A stretch of DNA of 64,000 nt, from contig JBBRLJ010000003.1 in the NCBI GenBank assembly GCA_038231435.1, forward strand, positions 64,001 through 128,000, read 5' to 3'. How positions within the stretch are numbered: the stretch's first letter is position 1; the number at the start of each line of letters is the position of its first letter. The notes beneath the pieces are model-generated. The model was not told where the DNA came from. It saw only the letters and a program-made list of their open reading frames with translations, and searched no databases. This stretch comes from Planctomycetota bacterium (lineage in GTDB: Bacteria; Planctomycetota; UBA11346). This document shows, in pieces, positions 47,064 through 58,262 of this stretch. The position numbers and the translations under genes are program-made.

Positions 47064-48773
47064 TCACTTGCTCGGCTCGGACATGCGTTCAGGGAAGGTG
47101 CGGCTCGGCACCACCAGCAGCTGGCCCTCGCGCACGGTCACCGGGCCCAGGGGCACGACACCATACCGGGTGTCCAGCTCCAGGGAATACTTGCCGGCCG
47201 GCACATCGATCAGCGCCGCCTGCACGTGGTCTGGAAGGGTCGTCCAGGCGCGCGTATCCGCCGATTCGCTGACCGTGGCGGTGGCGCTGCCGACCAGGTT
47301 CACCAAGGCCCCGAGCACGGCCCCCTCGGCGCCACCGACCGCCTTCTTGGTCTGCACCGCCCCCTGGGCGGCGAGCACCTGCTTGGAGAGCGCGCGGGAG
47401 AGGGTCTTCACCAGCAGTTTCGGCTGCTCGTCCTTGAGCGTGGCGCGGGCGTAGGCGTCGACATCGCTGACCACTTCGAGATCGGCATCGATCGGGGTCA
47501 GCGGTGAGTCGGCCGCGAGCGGCCTCACCACCACCCGCGCGGCGGTCGGCCGGCCGAGATCCTTGTCGTGTACCGGAACCTCGAAGCCCATCACCGCCAT
47601 GCCGCCAGGCGTGAGGTAGCGCATCAGGTCGGTGGGCAACGGCACCACCCAGGCACCGACCACGTCGCTGCCCGGCCCCTTGGCCCAGAAGCCCATGCCG
47701 CCGATGGTGAAGTGCGATTCGCTCGCTCCACTCTCGCGATCACGCGCGGTCATGCCCGGCGCGATCGAGCCGAAGCCGATCGACAGCACCTGCGGGCGCG
47801 CCACGAAACCGACATGATCGAGGATCAGGATCATGCCCTGGCCGCGCGGCAGCCCGGCGTGCGGATCGGCGGACAACTTGTAATGCTCAGCCGCCTTCTC
47901 GTAGTCGCCCGGGTCGTAGGCGAGCGCGTGGCGCAGGAACAACCGCTCGACCACGCGCGGACGATGCTCGATGCCGTAACGGAAATGCTGGTCGTGGGCG
48001 AGCGCCTTGGCCTCGGCATCGTAGGCGTCGAGCGCGCGCTTGAACATCACTTGCGCGAATTGCTGGTCGGTGTCGCGGCGGCTACCGGGCGGGAGGGCCC
48101 AGGTGACCGCGCCGGCCAGGAAGCGCGCGAACGGATCGTCGTGGTAGCGCAGCCCGCCGGCCGCGTCATCGGTCTCGCGCAGCTGATCCAGGGTCATGCG
48201 CCGCGCGCGCACCACCGCGCGCTCGTAATGCTCGGTGGCGGCCTCGAGCGCGGTCGCCTCGCCAGAACCGCCGGAGCCGCCTGAACCGATCAGGCCGAGT
48301 TCGCGCTCGGCCTCGACGAGGTGGTTGAGGATGCGATAGTAGTCGACCTGGATGTGCTCGTAGCCACGGCCGGCGTAGGGTCGCACGTTGTCGTTGAGCA
48401 GGAAGGTACCGGTCTCGGCGGCGAGGCTCTCGGTGCGGCGAGCGTCCACCAGATCCGCGGCATCGTCGAGATGGATGTCGCTCGCGGCATAGTCGCCGGC
48501 GATGTTGTCGATCATCCCGCGTTCCATGCGCCAGAGCAGGCGCTGCTTCTCGGGGATGTCGGCGTCCTTCTCGGCGTCCTTGTGCGGCTTCTTGGGCTCG
48601 TTGGCCTGCCGGCAGCCGTAGAGGTCGTTCATGCGCCACTTGGCGTTGACGTAGTCCCCCTGCTGGACCTCGAACTTGGCCTGCTGGCGCTCGCGGTCGA
48701 AATCGGAGCCGCATCCGGCGAGAGCGACCAGGGCTCCGACGCAGCAGACGGGGACGGACACCGAACGGACCAT
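47064..48773 (-). CDS. COG3014-like lipoprotein
   Basis: Lipobox LAGC, LNDNVRPYAGRGYE, ESADTRAWTTLP; located next to lpoB as is typical. Start uncertain. Confidence 0.75.
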   Translation of the reverse strand: MVRSVSVPVCCVGALVALAGCGSDFDRERQQAKFEVQQGDYVNAKWRMNDLYGCRQANEPKKPHKDAEKDADIPEKQRLLWRMERGMIDNIAGDYAASDIHLDDAADLVDARRTESLAAETGTFLLNDNVRPYAGRGYEHIQVDYYRILNHLVEAERELGLIGSGGSGGSGEATALEAATEHYERAVVRARRMTLDQLRETDDAAGGLRYHDDPFARFLAGAVTWALPPGSRRDTDQQFAQVMFKRALDAYDAEAKALAHDQHFRYGIEHRPRVVERLFLRHALAYDPGDYEKAAEHYKLSADPHAGLPRGQGMILILDHVGFVARPQVLSIGFGSIAPGMTARDRESGASESHFTIGGMGFWAKGPGSDVVGAWVVPLPTDLMRYLTPGGMAVMGFEVPVHDKDLGRPTAARVVVRPLAADSPLTPIDADLEVVSDVDAYARATLKDEQPKLLVKTLSRALSKQVLAAQGAVQTKKAVGGAEGAVLGALVNLVGSATATVSESADTRAWTTLPDHVQAALIDVPAGKYSLELDTRYGVVPLGPVTVREGQLLVVPSRTFPERMSEPSK

Positions 48774-48928
48774 CGCCGAAGCCTGGAAAGGGCGCATGCG
48801 CACGCAAGCCGGGAGACGCTGGCTGGGCGCCAAACCTACGCCGCCGACGCGGTTTGTGCGTGTTCCGAAGGCTCCGCGCGTCCTTGACCCCCCGCCACCG
48901 GGTCCTAGGGTTTCAATCCGCTTCGCAC

Positions 48929-49006
48929 GGACCTTGTAGCTCAGTTGGTTAGAGCGGAAGACTGTGGCTCTTCAGGTCGCGGGTTCGAACCCCGTCAGGG
49001 TCCCCA
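48929..49006 (+). tRNA. tRNA-His (GTG) with encoded G-1, C73 discriminator and CCA
   Basis: Acceptor stem GACCTTG/CAGGGTC, D arm TAGCTCAGTTGGTTAGAGC, anticodon arm GAAGA-CTGTGGC-TCTTC, T arm GGGTTCGAACCC, CCA end. Confidence 0.97.
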
Positions 49007-49009
49007 AAG

Positions 49010-49042
49010 AAAAACCCCGGTGAATGCCGGGGTTTTTTGTTT
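49010..49042 (+). terminator. Intrinsic terminator after tRNA-His (likely bidirectional)
   Basis: AAAAACCCCGG-TGAATG-CCGGGGTTTTTTGTTT. Confidence 0.9.
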
Positions 49043-49096
49043 TCCGGCTCTATCGCGAGCGTGGATATAGTTGTAGCTTCGCTCGCCTCGGTGCCG

Positions 49097-51754
49097 TCAG
49101 TGACGGAGCCGCTTGGTCTTTGCTGCCGCTCTGGCTCTGGACTGGGCAGCGCCCGAAGCGCGGCGCGGCCTCGCCAACGCCAGCACCGCCCGCGCGCCTG
49201 GACGCGCGGTGGCCTGCCAGGCGACGGTGTCGCCGCCATCGAGTCGCACTCCCGAGATGGCCAGCTGGCCCTCGCGCACATCTACGCTGAGCGCGTCGCG
49301 TGTCAGCGACACCACGCCCCAGCCGCTGGCGGTGGAGAAGAAGCAGCGGAACGGGGCCTTCCCCTTGGGCTTCAGCTTGGGCGCCAGGCTCAGCACGCCG
49401 TCGATGGGCGAATAGGCGAATCCGGACAGCGATGGCAGCAGCGCGTAGCTGGCCATGGCCCGGGCGTAGAAGCTGCCGCACTCGTACTCGTCGAAGGGGT
49501 TGCGCACCCGCCCGTCGTAACGGCCGCGCGCCGCCGCCACGATCTCGATGCCCTCGTCGACGAGGCCGGCAAGGATGCAGTGCGACGCGACCTGGTATTC
49601 GATCCCGGTCCACACCTCGTCCGAGTACGGGAACGGCAGCGTCGGCTTGCCGCCGCGCGGCCAGGTGCACAGCAGCAGGCCGGCTTCGGCACCCAGCGCG
49701 TAGCCCGGTCGCTGGCAATTGGCGTGCTCGCTGAGGTCGTGCTTGAAGTTGTGGCGGTGAATCGCGGCGAGCGTCGAGCGCACGTGTTTGCGCGAAAGCG
49801 GCGTCGCGATGCCGTAGAGCTCGGCCATCCACGCGCCGATCACGCCGTCGGCGAGACAGCCCTTGCCGTACTGGTATTTCGGCCCCTCGCGACGCAGCAG
49901 CGCCGCCACCTCGCCGCTGGCCTTGGATACCTGCTCGGCAAACGAGCGGTCCTTGAGATCGTCGTGCCGCACCTGGTGCATGAAGTATTCGCCGTTGAAC
50001 AGCTCCTTCTCCATCGCGCGCGCGCCAGCCGCCGCGAGCTGGCGGTAGGGCGCGGCCTCGGCCGGCTTGCCCAGCGCCTCGGCCATGTCCGCGAGCGCGG
50101 ACAGCGCGCCGATGTAGATGCTGGTGCACATGCCATCCGGGCCCCAGAACTCGATGTCGTAGGTGTTGTGGTGCGGCTCGATGACCAAGCCTCGGCGATC
50201 CGGATCCCAGGTGGAAATGCCGTAGTCCAGGCTGCGCTTGGCGAGTGGGTAGAGGCGCGCCAGCCACGCCAAGTCGCCGCAGATGCGCCAGTCGCGGAAC
50301 AACTTCATGATGCCGCCGAGCTGGCCGTCGGCCGCGGCGTGGTAGGTGTGCGGCGGTGGGCCGTCGGGCAGCGCGGAGCGGAACGTCACGTGGCCGCGCT
50401 CGTCCATCGAACGCTCGAGCTCCTGCTCGCGCAGCGTTCGCTCGAGCGCCGGGAACAGGTGCGGGATGGCCTGCGCGTAGTTCCAGACGTGCGTGCAGCT
50501 ACCGGTGCAGCAGCCCCACGAGGTGAAGCAGCCTTCCCAGCCCCAGAGATTGCCGTTCTTCTGGCGCAGGATGGTCGGCGATTTGATGATCGCCAGGTTC
50601 GCCGACACGGCATCGATCACTGGTGCGGGCAGCGTCGATGAGAACAGCGCGTCGCGGAATGCCTCGCTGCGCGCACGCAGGCTCGCGTAGTTCGCCACCA
50701 CGTGCATCGCGGCCTCGCGCGCATCGGCCCAGCGCCCGGCATAGAACGGGTGCCAGGCCGGCTTCGCCGGCGCGGGGCAGCAGCCGGTGGCAGGATCGCA
50801 ACCGGCGGGCGGCGGCGCGTTGTCGCAGCGCATGTTGCTGTTCGGCGCGTGCCAGCAGACGACGAATGGCACCACCACGTGCTTGCCCGGCTGGATGCGC
50901 AAGCGCACCAGCAGCGAACCGCCGTTGCGCCCTTCCGGATCGTTCCCGGTCGATCCCTGGTTCTCGACGAACGTGCCTGTCGAGCATTCGCGCCACAGCG
51001 CCGAGATCGCGTCGAACCATCCGCCTCTGAGCCACATGCCCTTGATCGCCGGCTCATGGCCGACCACCGCGAGTGCCGCGGAGCCGAAGGTGTCGACCGC
51101 CGGATCGTCGACGTTGCTGAAGGCCACGCCCATGCCAGGGATCGCGGCGGCGCGGCTCTTCGCCTGGCCGTTCCCGCTGCCTGGCATCAGGTGCGACAGG
51201 TGGAATGAGAGCTCGCAGCTGACCACGGACCGGCCGGGATTCTCGAGGCGGTACTCCATCAATGCGCAGGGAATGCCCGACGAGACGTCGTCGAGCGGAA
51301 TGAAGGGATTCCAGCCGGTGACCGAAACGCGCAGCGGCACCTGCGGGTCGCGCAACTCGACGGTGCCAAACGGATACGCGCCGGCGAAGCGTGCGCTCGC
51401 GAAGCGCGGTAGGCCCTCGTGCCCGCTCTTGCGCAGTCCCTGGCTGTACAGGCCCATGTTATAGATGCGCTCGGCGGGAAGCGGTCCCTCGACCAGGCGC
51501 GTGACGCCGGATGCCGCGGAATCCTTGCGGGCTGCTTTTTTACCAGCGCCAGCGCCCAGCACGCGCAACAGGGCGAACGCGGAATCGGTGGTGCCGTGTC
51601 CATCCGGCACCGCGCTCATGTTCGGGCTGTTGCGGATCGCGAAATCCTGCAGGCCGCCGAAGGCATTGAGACTGATCGAGCCGGCTCCGATGCCGCCCAT
51701 GGGCATCGCCAGCTGGGGCAGCAGACCGGAGTCGATGGGGCGGGGGAGCGTCAT
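49097..51754 (-). CDS. GH116 family glycoside hydrolase (second, divergent paralog)
   Basis: MPMGGIGAG, WGWEGC...GSCTHVWNY, AADGQLG, HNTYDIE, LFNGEYF, EVWTGIEY, NPFDEYECGSFYARAM. Confidence 0.92.
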   Translation of the reverse strand: MTLPRPIDSGLLPQLAMPMGGIGAGSISLNAFGGLQDFAIRNSPNMSAVPDGHGTTDSAFALLRVLGAGAGKKAARKDSAASGVTRLVEGPLPAERIYNMGLYSQGLRKSGHEGLPRFASARFAGAYPFGTVELRDPQVPLRVSVTGWNPFIPLDDVSSGIPCALMEYRLENPGRSVVSCELSFHLSHLMPGSGNGQAKSRAAAIPGMGVAFSNVDDPAVDTFGSAALAVVGHEPAIKGMWLRGGWFDAISALWRECSTGTFVENQGSTGNDPEGRNGGSLLVRLRIQPGKHVVVPFVVCWHAPNSNMRCDNAPPPAGCDPATGCCPAPAKPAWHPFYAGRWADAREAAMHVVANYASLRARSEAFRDALFSSTLPAPVIDAVSANLAIIKSPTILRQKNGNLWGWEGCFTSWGCCTGSCTHVWNYAQAIPHLFPALERTLREQELERSMDERGHVTFRSALPDGPPPHTYHAAADGQLGGIMKLFRDWRICGDLAWLARLYPLAKRSLDYGISTWDPDRRGLVIEPHHNTYDIEFWGPDGMCTSIYIGALSALADMAEALGKPAEAAPYRQLAAAGARAMEKELFNGEYFMHQVRHDDLKDRSFAEQVSKASGEVAALLRREGPKYQYGKGCLADGVIGAWMAELYGIATPLSRKHVRSTLAAIHRHNFKHDLSEHANCQRPGYALGAEAGLLLCTWPRGGKPTLPFPYSDEVWTGIEYQVASHCILAGLVDEGIEIVAAARGRYDGRVRNPFDEYECGSFYARAMASYALLPSLSGFAYSPIDGVLSLAPKLKPKGKAPFRCFFSTASGWGVVSLTRDALSVDVREGQLAISGVRLDGGDTVAWQATARPGARAVLALARPRRASGAAQSRARAAAKTKRLRH

Positions 51755-51786
51755 GGGTCTCCGATCGGTGCGCGTGGAAGGCAGGT

Positions 51787-51806
51787 CCGTGTAATGACAC
51801 GTACGG
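51787..51806. promoter_or_regulatory. Putative operator palindrome upstream of GH116 #2
   Basis: CCGTGTAATGACACGTACGG aligns with CCGTGTAGTTACACGATACG at 3967-3986. Confidence 0.55.
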
Positions 51807-51894
51807 CGTTACTAGCGGAGTTCAACCGACTGGATCCTTCGCCCTGCACGGAAACGGATAGGAAACGGCGCCCAGCCTGGGCCGCCGGCCACCG

Positions 51895-53040
<1,146 letters not shown>

Positions 53041-53180
53041 GGGATCCTTGCGGCTGTGGTGTGGCTTCTAACCGGGCTCACAGCGGAATCCACCGCCGCT
53101 GCGCCGTGCGCGTCAGTGGCTGTCCAGAATCGGGGCTGCCCTTGGACAATCCGGAGGTTGTCGGCAGTCTACCCGACCGG

Positions 53181-54152
53181 ATGCCGCCGATGCCCCGCTT
53201 GAGCCGTGTTCCAGCTGTTTTACCGCCGCTCTGCGCGATGCTGTTCGTCCTCATCGGCTGCTCTCCCTCAGGGGCCTCTGCGCACCAGCGGCCGGTGGCC
53301 GAGGTGCTCGCCCAGGGCAGCTCCGAACTCGCTCAATTCACCTTCGATCATCCGCGCTCGCTGTTCAGCGAGGTGATCGCGAGATCGGCAAAGGGCAGCC
53401 CCGAGTGGCAGCAGGCCACTTTCGGACTCGCGGTCTGCCTGCAGAACAATTCCCCGGTCGTGGCCGAGGCGATCACCGAGGCCAGCCGCTTGTACTCCGA
53501 GCTCATCGCGACCTCGCCCGAGTCGACTTTCGCTCCGCGCGCCACGCTCAACCTGGGTCGCATCGCCGAGCTGGTCGACTACTTCAAGGATCCGGTCGAC
53601 CTCGAGGCCGCGCGCGCGCGCTACTCCGAAGTGATGACGCGCTGGCCCGACCAGGACATCGCCAGCGAAGCGGCGCTGCGCCTGGCGAGCGCCTACGCCC
53701 AGGAAGATACGACAGAGGCGAACACCAAGGCGATCGCCACCCTCGAGACCTGGCTCGCGCAGCATCCCAAGGATCCCCTCGCCTCGGGCATGTACCAGTG
53801 GCTCGGCGACACCTACTACATGCGCGCTGCTGACGCCAAGCAGGCGGTGCGCTGCTATATCGCCGCCGACGACCTCGGCCTGCTGTGGCGCGGGCGCGAG
53901 GGCATCGTGTACTGGCGGATCGCGCAGATCGCCGAGCGCAAGCTCAAGGACCGCGATCTGGCGGTGCGCTACTACACCAAGCTGTGCGAGAAGGCCCAGA
54001 CCTCGGGCAAGGCCTTCGAGGCGCAGCTCGCGCTGTCCCGGCTCGGCGCTCCCGTGCCCGAGTTGACGGCGTTCGCCGCCTACAAGGGCCCTCGACCGCC
54101 GCTGATCGATCCGCCGCCGCCGCACCAATCGCAGGCCGAGGTCGGTAAATGA
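53181..54152 (+). CDS. TPR-repeat lipoprotein
   Basis: Lipobox LIGC; helical repeats (ATLNLGRIAE, AALRLASAY, YQWLGDTYY, YWRIAQIAE); overlaps the SBP start. Confidence 0.75.
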   Translation: MPPMPRLSRVPAVLPPLCAMLFVLIGCSPSGASAHQRPVAEVLAQGSSELAQFTFDHPRSLFSEVIARSAKGSPEWQQATFGLAVCLQNNSPVVAEAITEASRLYSELIATSPESTFAPRATLNLGRIAELVDYFKDPVDLEAARARYSEVMTRWPDQDIASEAALRLASAYAQEDTTEANTKAIATLETWLAQHPKDPLASGMYQWLGDTYYMRAADAKQAVRCYIAADDLGLLWRGREGIVYWRIAQIAERKLKDRDLAVRYYTKLCEKAQTSGKAFEAQLALSRLGAPVPELTAFAAYKGPRPPLIDPPPPHQSQAEVGK

Positions 54153-55942
54153 GCGACCTGGAGCTCGGCGGCGGCAACAACCTGGATGAAGACGAGGACG
54201 GCAAGCCGGCCGTCGCCAACTTCACCAAGCGTCTGGCGAAACCGAAGCCACCGACGGCGACGCCGTCGCGAGGCTGGCGCCGCTTCGTCGGCCTGAATGC
54301 GATCGGCGTGCTGCTGCTGGTCGGCTCGGCGGGCTGGAGCGGCCTGCGCGTGCTCTCTATCCACAACGAGAACAACGATCCCAACGTCAAGACCATCCGC
54401 ATCTCGCACTGGCAGCTCGAGAGCGGCTACCGCGAGGCGATGCAGTCGGTGATCGACGACTACAACGCCATGCACGCCGCCGAGCACGTGCGCATCGTCC
54501 AGGTGCCAGTCACCGAGCGCATCTACGGCCAGTGGCTCAACGTGAACCTCATCGCCGACAACGCGCCCGATATCGCCGAGCTCGGCATGGCGCGCCTCGC
54601 GACCACTGGCGAATCGGTGGCGAAATACTTCATGCCGCTCGGCCGCGAAGTGCTCAAGCCGAATCCCTACGACGCCGAGAAGTACCTCGACGACCTCGAG
54701 GAGCGCAACCCCGACATCATCAAGCGCCTGACCACCGCGCCGTGGCGCGAGACCATGGTCGACGGCATGCGTGGAGGCTACAAGCAGGACCTGCAGGACT
54801 ACTATTCGGTGCCGATGGCGTTCTTCACCCAGCGCATGTTCTACAATCGCGACCTGCTGCGCGAGATCACCGGCACCGATCAGCCGCCTCAGAGCCTCGG
54901 CCAGCTGTTCGCGCTCGGCGAACGCATCCGCGCCTGGGGCACCGAGCATGGCCGCGTGATCGATCCGATCGCCGGCACCCGCTATCACCGCGACGTGTTC
55001 GTGTGGAACTACCGGGTCACCTTCACCAACGCCTACCAGACCGAGCTGGACACCGATGTGTCGGGCTCGATCACGCCGATCGAGGCCTGGGCCGGCTGGC
55101 AATCGGGCAAGATCTCGCTCAAGGACCCGGCCCTGCGCGCCTACTTCGAGGTGGTGCGCAAGATCTGCGAGATGTTCAACCCGAACTTCGCCGCAATGGA
55201 CCGTGACCAGGCGATCGCCGCCTTCGCCTCGGGCAAATCGGCGATGATGGCCACCGGCAGTTGGGACGGGCAGTCGATCTTCAATGGCTGCAAGTTCAGC
55301 GTCGGCGTCATGAACTTCCCCATGCCCGCGCCAGGCGAGCCGTATGCGGACTATGGAAAATACAGCATCAGCGAGGCGTCCTCGGCGGGCGGCAGCGGCT
55401 TCGGCATCACCCGCAACACCAAGTACCCCGAGATCTCGCTCGATTTCCTGCGCTTCATCTCCAGCCACAAATGGAACCAGAAGCTCAACCGCAAGAACGG
55501 CTGGCTGCCGATCGCGGTCGGGACCACGCCAGCTGAGCGCATGGTGCCGTTCATGCCGACCCCTTATGGAGTGATCTCCGACGCCGGCTTCGGCGAGGGC
55601 TACGAGGCCGAGACCAAGATCAGCGGCCAGATTGACCGTTTCTTCCTGGGTGAGATCACCTACGAGGACATGCGCGCGGGCGTCGACACGCTGATGGCCG
55701 ATCCGAAGATCGGCTTCGACCACATCTGGTTCAAGGCGTTCGAGAAGGAGCGCGACCAGTCGCGCAGCCTCGAGCGCACCATCGCGGTGCAGAGCGCGCG
55801 CCAGCTGATGGGCACCGGCGACGACGAGACCAGCGCCAAGCTCTTGGAGACCATCCTCGACCAGGCGATCGGCAATAACGGCAACAACCTCCGCCACCTC
55901 TACCAGGTCCAGAACGGCAAGCCGTTCCCGGAGGAGCAATGA
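54149..55942 (+). CDS. ABC transporter solute-binding protein (family 1-like), N-terminally membrane-anchored
   Basis: IRISHWQLE, APDIAE, MFYNRDLL, FASGKSAMMATGSWD, SLDFLRFISS; acidic N-terminus plus TM helix. Confidence 0.88.
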   Translation: MSDLELGGGNNLDEDEDGKPAVANFTKRLAKPKPPTATPSRGWRRFVGLNAIGVLLLVGSAGWSGLRVLSIHNENNDPNVKTIRISHWQLESGYREAMQSVIDDYNAMHAAEHVRIVQVPVTERIYGQWLNVNLIADNAPDIAELGMARLATTGESVAKYFMPLGREVLKPNPYDAEKYLDDLEERNPDIIKRLTTAPWRETMVDGMRGGYKQDLQDYYSVPMAFFTQRMFYNRDLLREITGTDQPPQSLGQLFALGERIRAWGTEHGRVIDPIAGTRYHRDVFVWNYRVTFTNAYQTELDTDVSGSITPIEAWAGWQSGKISLKDPALRAYFEVVRKICEMFNPNFAAMDRDQAIAAFASGKSAMMATGSWDGQSIFNGCKFSVGVMNFPMPAPGEPYADYGKYSISEASSAGGSGFGITRNTKYPEISLDFLRFISSHKWNQKLNRKNGWLPIAVGTTPAERMVPFMPTPYGVISDAGFGEGYEAETKISGQIDRFFLGEITYEDMRAGVDTLMADPKIGFDHIWFKAFEKERDQSRSLERTIAVQSARQLMGTGDDETSAKLLETILDQAIGNNGNNLRHLYQVQNGKPFPEEQ

Positions 55943-57381
55943 ATCCGGACACGCCGACGCCAGCGCTCGAGCAGCTCGCAGGCCCCGGGCTGGGCACCGT
56001 CAAGCCAGGGCGCGTGAAGAAATACGGATCGCAGCTGCTGCAGCGCAGCCGGCTGTGGGCTTTCCTCTACCTGCTCATGGTCCCGACGGTGGTCGGAACG
56101 CTGCTGTTCACCTACTACCCGAACATGGAGGCGGTAAAGTACGCCTTCTACCGCTGGGACGGCTCGCAGATCGAGGAGTTCCGCGGCCTGCAGAATTTCC
56201 GCACGGCGTTCACGGCCGATCCCCTGTTCTGGAGCACGTTCAATCTCGTCTTCATCCTGCTGATCGCCAATCTGATCAAGATGTGGCCGAGCATCTTCGT
56301 GGCCATCGCCATCCATCGCCTGAAGAGCGAGCGCGCCCAGTTCATGTACCGCGTGCTGTTCGTCATCCCAATGGTGATCCCGGGCCTGGTCTGGCTGCTG
56401 ATCTGGAAGACCTTCTTCACCGAGGGCATGCTCAACCAGATCCTGTCGATGACCGGGATGATGTCGGTGCTGAACGTCCTCGACTCGCCCGAGCATGGAC
56501 TGCCAGCCTTGGCGGCGTTCACCGCCAAGACCGCGTACGCCTGGAATCCCGACCATCCCCTCCTCTCGGCCCTTGCCTCGCCGCTGCGTCTGGTACCGAT
56601 GGTGTTCGGCGGCTCATGGGGCCTTGCGCTGTTCGGCATCGCGCTGCTGATCGGCAACGGCGGCACCAAGACCTTCCAACGCCGTTGGCTCCTCTGGGCT
56701 CTGTTGGCCGGTGTCGGCTATTGGCTGTGGGGCCCCGTGCGCTTGCCGATCCTGGCCCTGCTGGCCATCGCCGTACCCGAGGCATGGCAGCGTCGCAACC
56801 ACATCGACAGCACTACCTACGTGCGCTGGCTCGGTATCGGCTGCGTCGCCGCGGCGTCGCTCATCATCCTGCTCACCGAGATCTGGACCGATCCCGTGAA
56901 CGGCTGGGAAGCCAAAGTCAGCCCCTTCGCCGATGGGCTGCCGCCATGGCTCGGCAACAGCAAGCTGGTGATCCCGGCGATCATCTTCTGGGGCTTCCCC
57001 TGGGTCGGCACCATCGGCGTGCTGATCTATCTGGCCGGCCTGCAGAACATCTCGCAAGAGGTCTACGAAGCCGCCGAGCTCGATGGCGTGGGCAGCTGGG
57101 GCAAGATCTTCCGTATCGAGCTGCCGCTGATCATGAGCCAGGTGCGCATCAACCTGATCTTCATGACCATCGGCACACTCACTGATTACGCGCTGCTGCT
57201 CATCCTGCTCGGCGCGAACGGCGGACCTGACAACCGCGGCATGGTGCCGGGCCTGTACATGTACAAGAAGGCGTTCCTCGACGGTGAGTTCGGCTACGCC
57301 TGCACGCTCGGCGTGATCATGTTCCTGATCGTGCTCGGGCTGACCTTCCTCTACCAGCGTTTCGTCAAAGTGGACAAATAA
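55939..57381 (+). CDS. Carbohydrate ABC permease (MalF/UgpA-like) with a large internal insertion
   Basis: FRGLQNF, RVLFVIPMVIP, IYLAGLQNISQEVYEAAELDG (EAA motif), FGYAC. Confidence 0.92.
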   Translation: MNPDTPTPALEQLAGPGLGTVKPGRVKKYGSQLLQRSRLWAFLYLLMVPTVVGTLLFTYYPNMEAVKYAFYRWDGSQIEEFRGLQNFRTAFTADPLFWSTFNLVFILLIANLIKMWPSIFVAIAIHRLKSERAQFMYRVLFVIPMVIPGLVWLLIWKTFFTEGMLNQILSMTGMMSVLNVLDSPEHGLPALAAFTAKTAYAWNPDHPLLSALASPLRLVPMVFGGSWGLALFGIALLIGNGGTKTFQRRWLLWALLAGVGYWLWGPVRLPILALLAIAVPEAWQRRNHIDSTTYVRWLGIGCVAAASLIILLTEIWTDPVNGWEAKVSPFADGLPPWLGNSKLVIPAIIFWGFPWVGTIGVLIYLAGLQNISQEVYEAAELDGVGSWGKIFRIELPLIMSQVRINLIFMTIGTLTDYALLLILLGANGGPDNRGMVPGLYMYKKAFLDGEFGYACTLGVIMFLIVLGLTFLYQRFVKVDK

Positions 57382-57383
57382 CG

Positions 57384-58220
57384 ATGTCGCTGCGCGTCAA
57401 GACATCGCACGAGCTCGGCAAGCACGCCATCGTGCTGTTCACCCTGGTCTTCGCCTTCATCCCGTTGTACCTGATGCTGGTGATCAGCTTCAAGTCGAAC
57501 CAGCAGTTCTCCGTGAACCGCTGGATGTTCGATGCGCCCAGCACCTGGCACTGGGAGAACTGGTCCGCTGGATGGTACACCGTCCGTGATTCGATCGCCA
57601 ACTCGATGGTGACGTCCATCGGCGCGGTGCTGGGCTGCCTGGTGATCGCCATCCCCACCAGCTACGTGCTCGCGCGCTACCGTTTCCCTGGCCGCGAACT
57701 GGTCTACTACGGCTTGGTCATCACCATGTTCCTGCCGGGCGGCGCCGCTGCGCTGGTCACCACCTTCACGCTCATGGATCGCCTGCATCTGGTGAACAAC
57801 CTGATGGCGCTGGTGATCCTCGGGTCGGTGGGCGGTCAGGTGACATGCGTGTTCATCCTCCGCCAGTTCATCGAGGAGATCCCCAAGGAGCTCTTCGAGT
57901 CGGCGCAGATCGACGGCGCCGGACACGTGCGACAGATGTGGTCGATCGTGCTGCCGCTCTCGGGCCCGATCGTCGGCACCCTGGCGATCATGCAATTCAT
58001 CGGCAACTGGAACAACCTGATCATGCCGCTCTTGCTCCTGCGCGATTCGGAGCTCCTGACCGTGCCGGTGGCGCTGATGCGACTCGACGGCGAATACGTC
58101 AAGGAATACGGACAACTGATGGCCGGCTACGCGATCAGCTCGATCCCATTGATCGTGCTGTTCTTGTTCACCATGCGCATGTTCGTGAAGGGTCTGACCG
58201 CCGGAGCGGTCAAGGGCTGA
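57384..58220 (+). CDS. Carbohydrate ABC permease (MalG/UgpE-like)
   Basis: SYVLARYRFPGR, IPKELFESAQIDGAG, WNN, FVKGLTAGAVKG. Confidence 0.95.
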   Translation: MSLRVKTSHELGKHAIVLFTLVFAFIPLYLMLVISFKSNQQFSVNRWMFDAPSTWHWENWSAGWYTVRDSIANSMVTSIGAVLGCLVIAIPTSYVLARYRFPGRELVYYGLVITMFLPGGAAALVTTFTLMDRLHLVNNLMALVILGSVGGQVTCVFILRQFIEEIPKELFESAQIDGAGHVRQMWSIVLPLSGPIVGTLAIMQFIGNWNNLIMPLLLLRDSELLTVPVALMRLDGEYVKEYGQLMAGYAISSIPLIVLFLFTMRMFVKGLTAGAVKG

Positions 58221-58262
58221 CATCGGTTCACGGGCCGCACCCCGACGACGCTCGCGGCGGCG

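Noticed and set aside
48884..48911. TTGACC-N16-TAGGGT promoter for tRNA-His
   Set aside because: Plausible position, but the -10 is too weak to call from sequence alone.
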